Origin: Camelus ferus
Taxonomy: Eukaryota
NCBI RefSeq assembly: GCF_009834535.1
Contig: NC_045698.1
Coordinates: forward strand, 870,001-934,000
Length of the DNA: 64,000 nt
Reading direction: 5' to 3'
Part shown: positions 60,734-64,000 of the stretch, one piece after another
How the letters are laid out: each line of letters starts with the position of its first letter
Position numbering within the stretch: position 1 is the stretch's first letter
Position numbers and translations under genes: made by a program
Notes under the pieces: model-generated
The model's input: only the letters and a program-made list of their open reading frames with translations
What the model was told of the DNA's origin: nothing
Databases searched by the model: none

Positions 60734-63700
60734 TTAAATCCCAGACGGCTCCTGTCTCTAACTGTGATGTGTGCTCTTACTTGAAGCTGTTGACGCACAC
60801 GTCTGGATGTCACCTGGGACTGCTGTGCTTTGGAGAAAAGTTAGTCAACAGGGGCTGGAGGTGGCTGGTTCAAATTCTGAATTCTAATTCCGCCCCCTGC
60901 TCACTGGAGTCCGTGGGAGTGGCTGCCTCCAGGCCCTGCTTCCTCTCTGATCATTGTCAGGAGATTTGCAGAGGAAACCACCAAGCGAGCGGTCCAGCCT
61001 CATACTTGTCCCGGCACCGAGGAAGTGAGCGGGGGTGGGGGGCGGGGGCGCGCAGAGCCGCCTCCAGCATCCAACGTCGATGGGCAGTAAGATCTAAGGA
61101 AACTGACTTTTCCCCTTGTGAGAAAGAAACCCCGGGGAATTCTGCATGTGGCAACACAGTATATTTGAGGTGAACTCATGAAGTGTCCACAACGCTGCTT
61201 GTTGCTTTAAACTGTTACTATGATTCACGAAGTGTCTTCAACAAAACAGTTTGGGGTCACTTCCTCATTCCTGGCATCCAGCCTGTCTTCCCGGGGGTGT
61301 GGGGCATCCCAGGGGCACAGCACTGCCCGGGGTTACGGGCATGCCTCCCACGTTGCTAAGCATCCACAGGCAATTCCTGCAGGTGGGGCGGTGACAGGAG
61401 ACGGATCCTCTGAGCAGTTAGCCACGCAGGAGCCCCTCTGTGGCCCTTGCAACCTCGTCCCCCGTCATTTCTGCAGCCATGGTTGTACTGAACAAGCATG
61501 AGATGTGAAAATGGGTTCCGTGTGTAGCACACACACCGGGAAATGCGATGGGTCTCCCCGCACCCAAGGAGGTGCCCAGTGGATCTAAATCCCCACGATG
61601 GAAAGCAGGCAGTTCACTCGTCCTGCTGTGGAGTCCGTTACGTCTCGGGGTCAGGGCTTGGAGGGGGCGGTCGGGACGCCTGCGGCCTAGGGCTCCCTGC
61701 AGGTGGCTGGGTGGGGAGGCGGAACTCGGCACCAGACACCTCGCCTGTTTCGGGCCTTTGGGGCCACAGGGCTGCTGAACACGCCTCCCCTAGCTCACGC
61801 GAGTCCAGGCGCGAAGATGCACAGGGACCGCCTGAAGCAGACGTTCTTCAGAAGGTGCGTCCTGCAGTGCTGTCTGTCCTTAGAATCGCATTCCACCTCA
61901 AGACGTAACTCGCAGTAAAATCTGCAGCAAACCCGACCACCACGGGCCCTCGTCCGTGCCGCGCCTGTGGCTCCCGCTCCTGCGCCGTCAGCCCCACGCA
62001 CTGCATGCAGCTGGCGCGTAGGCTCCAGCTTAATCTTTTTATCTTAATCCTTTACGACTTTTTTAAAAAACCTCAGTAGTAAAGGAAGTTTCGTGTAACA
62101 GGAGAGTCAGTGGAAAATAAGACCAGTGCGTGTGTCAGCACCTGACTGTGTTGCGGGTTCCCCTTTGCCTGTTGGCGCCGCCGTCTCCCCCCACGGCATC
62201 GTGGGGTCGGATCTCAGTTGTCACCTCATTGAACGGTTGTTTGTCACTGCTGGGGACCCCGGGCCTTGCCTTGGCTGAGGTCCTTTCAGAGCCTCAGTGC
62301 CAACTAGTTTCCTGACCACCAGACACGTAAGGGACGCCTGGATGTCAGCGCAGCTCAGGGGCGCGGGCGGAAGGAGGCAGAGCCGTCGGCAGTGTGCGTG
62401 GAGGGGACGCAGCCCAGAGGGAAGGGGTGGGGGAGACCGTGGCAGGGCAGGGGTCACCCTGAAGGCTGCTGGCTGGGGCCAAGGGGTTACTCACTGGGGG
62501 GCCAAGTTCAGGGGGGTCACGGTGGGAGAACAGAAGTGATGGCACTCGGGGCCCCGCGGTCTCCGGTGAGCCTCAGAGCATGGGCGGTGGGGGGCAGTAA
62601 AGGCCCCCGAGTGCCTCCCTCACCCCCCCTGCCAGCCTCAGTGACGCCTGCAGCGTCCCAGGGCCCGTGCCTCCGTGTTCACTGTTCTTGCAGGGAGAAC
62701 GGCTCTAACAAAAGTCCTCGGTTCCAGGAAACAAGGCCTCGTCCCTCCTCTCTGGGCCAGGCAAGCCCAGGGCCAGCCTCAGGGACCCCGACCTCCAGCC
62801 CGTGTCTGTCCCCCAGACGCAGGCCTGCCACCTTGGCGTCCACGGGAGGGGCTGGCTGACGGCACGAGGGCAGGGAGCGCTCACCCACCAGCCACAGAGA
62901 CGACAGCCGTCCCACCCAGGGCTCTGAGGAGCAACCACCCTCCAGCTCCAGGGGCCCCGCTTCCCTGGTCTTTCTGGAATGTTCTCGGGGATGAAGGGAG
63001 GAGGTGGGGGTGGGGCTGTCCCTTCCCCTGGTGAGGTCACAGCTCTGGGCGGTGGGCTGCCACACAACCTCCCCACCTCTGTGACGGCAAGGAGAAAAAT
63101 CCAAACGTGGCCCTGGCCGAGGGGCGTGGGGCTGAGGGGGGCCAGAGGTCACAGGGCAGGGCTCCCCCAGGGAGTGGCCCAGCCGTGCTGGGCTCTGTGC
63201 TCCCGGGTCCAGGCTGCGGGCCGGCGGTGGGGAGGGTCCCAGGTTTGGGGGCGCAGGGCCAGACCTTGGCCCCTCCCGTGCTCTGGGCTGTTGCTGCGGA
63301 CCTAAAGCATTTGCAAGTTTGCCGTTTCTTTTCCATCCTAAACAAACGCTCAGTCTTCCCTTATCTGCTATGTGGTTTTACACCTTTTTCTTAAAGGAAA
63401 CGCTGACAGTTGAGCAGGCTTCAGGCCTCATGACCTGTTTTCCAGTCCGCAGCCCGGAATGGCCACCTGCTCCCTGAATCCTTGGCTGCTCTGCTCGCGT
63501 GCCGCCATGCGGACTCTGCGGGGTGAGCTACGGGGGCCCCGGGAGACCCTGGATGGTTCCTCCTCCTGGGATGGGCCTCTCCAGGCCCCACAGGGGCCTG
63601 CCTGCCTCAGCCACTGGCTCTGGGGACGTCTCCCTGATGGCTTTGTCTCCACGGTCTGACGGAACTCACTGGAGTGACATGACTTGGGACAGGCTGGACA

Positions 63701-64000
63701 TGGCCGGGGGCCTGGGCTGGTGGGAGAGGTGCAGCACAGGGCGGCGAGCGCGTCCAGCCTCGGCTCAGTCAGGGGTCCCCAGCCATCCCCAGCTGGCCTG
63801 GCCAGAGGGCTCTTCCCTGGTGCCACGAGTCGGTCCAGAGGTGTCCCCAACACTGCTCGTTCATTTGGGGCGTGTTCTGAGCTGGGTGGCCTCACCACAG
63901 GTGGACACTCTGCCTCCACTGGCCAGACGTGCCACGGACGCCTATCCCAAGGAGACTGTCCCTGTTGGCAAACCCCGGGGAGCTGTGGCCACCCAGTGGC

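Larger units (their letters stand above)
56700..63337 (-). other. Putative unannotated spliced transcript (lncRNA, small-ORF gene or decayed gene) upstream of LPCAT1
   Basis: Several same-strand exon-like segments with splice signals, a terminal-exon acceptor and AATAAA sites (see findings); no homology recognised. Confidence 0.3.

Noticed and set aside
61418..61490. Acceptor-like site and strong-Kozak ATG (ACCATGG) giving MAAEMTGDEVARATEGLLRG*
   Set aside because: Only 20 codons and no convincing donor; not included in the upstream model

Overview
GC-rich mammalian genomic DNA. A young L1 3' end suggests a camelid, but this is recalled and not searched. The window holds the complete LPCAT1 gene (lysophosphatidylcholine acyltransferase 1) on the minus strand: 14 coding exons from ATG at 48277 to TAG at 6723, 1602 nt, 533 aa, with all splice phases consistent. 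It has a CpG-island promoter near 48.4 kb and a ~1.85 kb 3' UTR ending at AATAAA 4894-4899. The rest is introns and flanks with L1, MaLR (MLT1), L2 and MIR remnants and several tandem repeats. The most notable observations are: (1) a minisatellite that multiplies the exon-3 splice donor into a row of decoy donors behind an in-frame stop; (2) a GC-AG intron 12; (3) a G-rich VNTR between the short exons 7 and 8; (4) a UPRE/NRF1/GC-box promoter cluster; (5) a speculative, unrecognised spliced minus-strand transcription unit 10-15 kb upstream of LPCAT1. Most long ORFs in the six-frame track look like GC-content or repeat artefacts. No prokaryote-type system is present. Repeat family names and orthologue comparisons are from memory.
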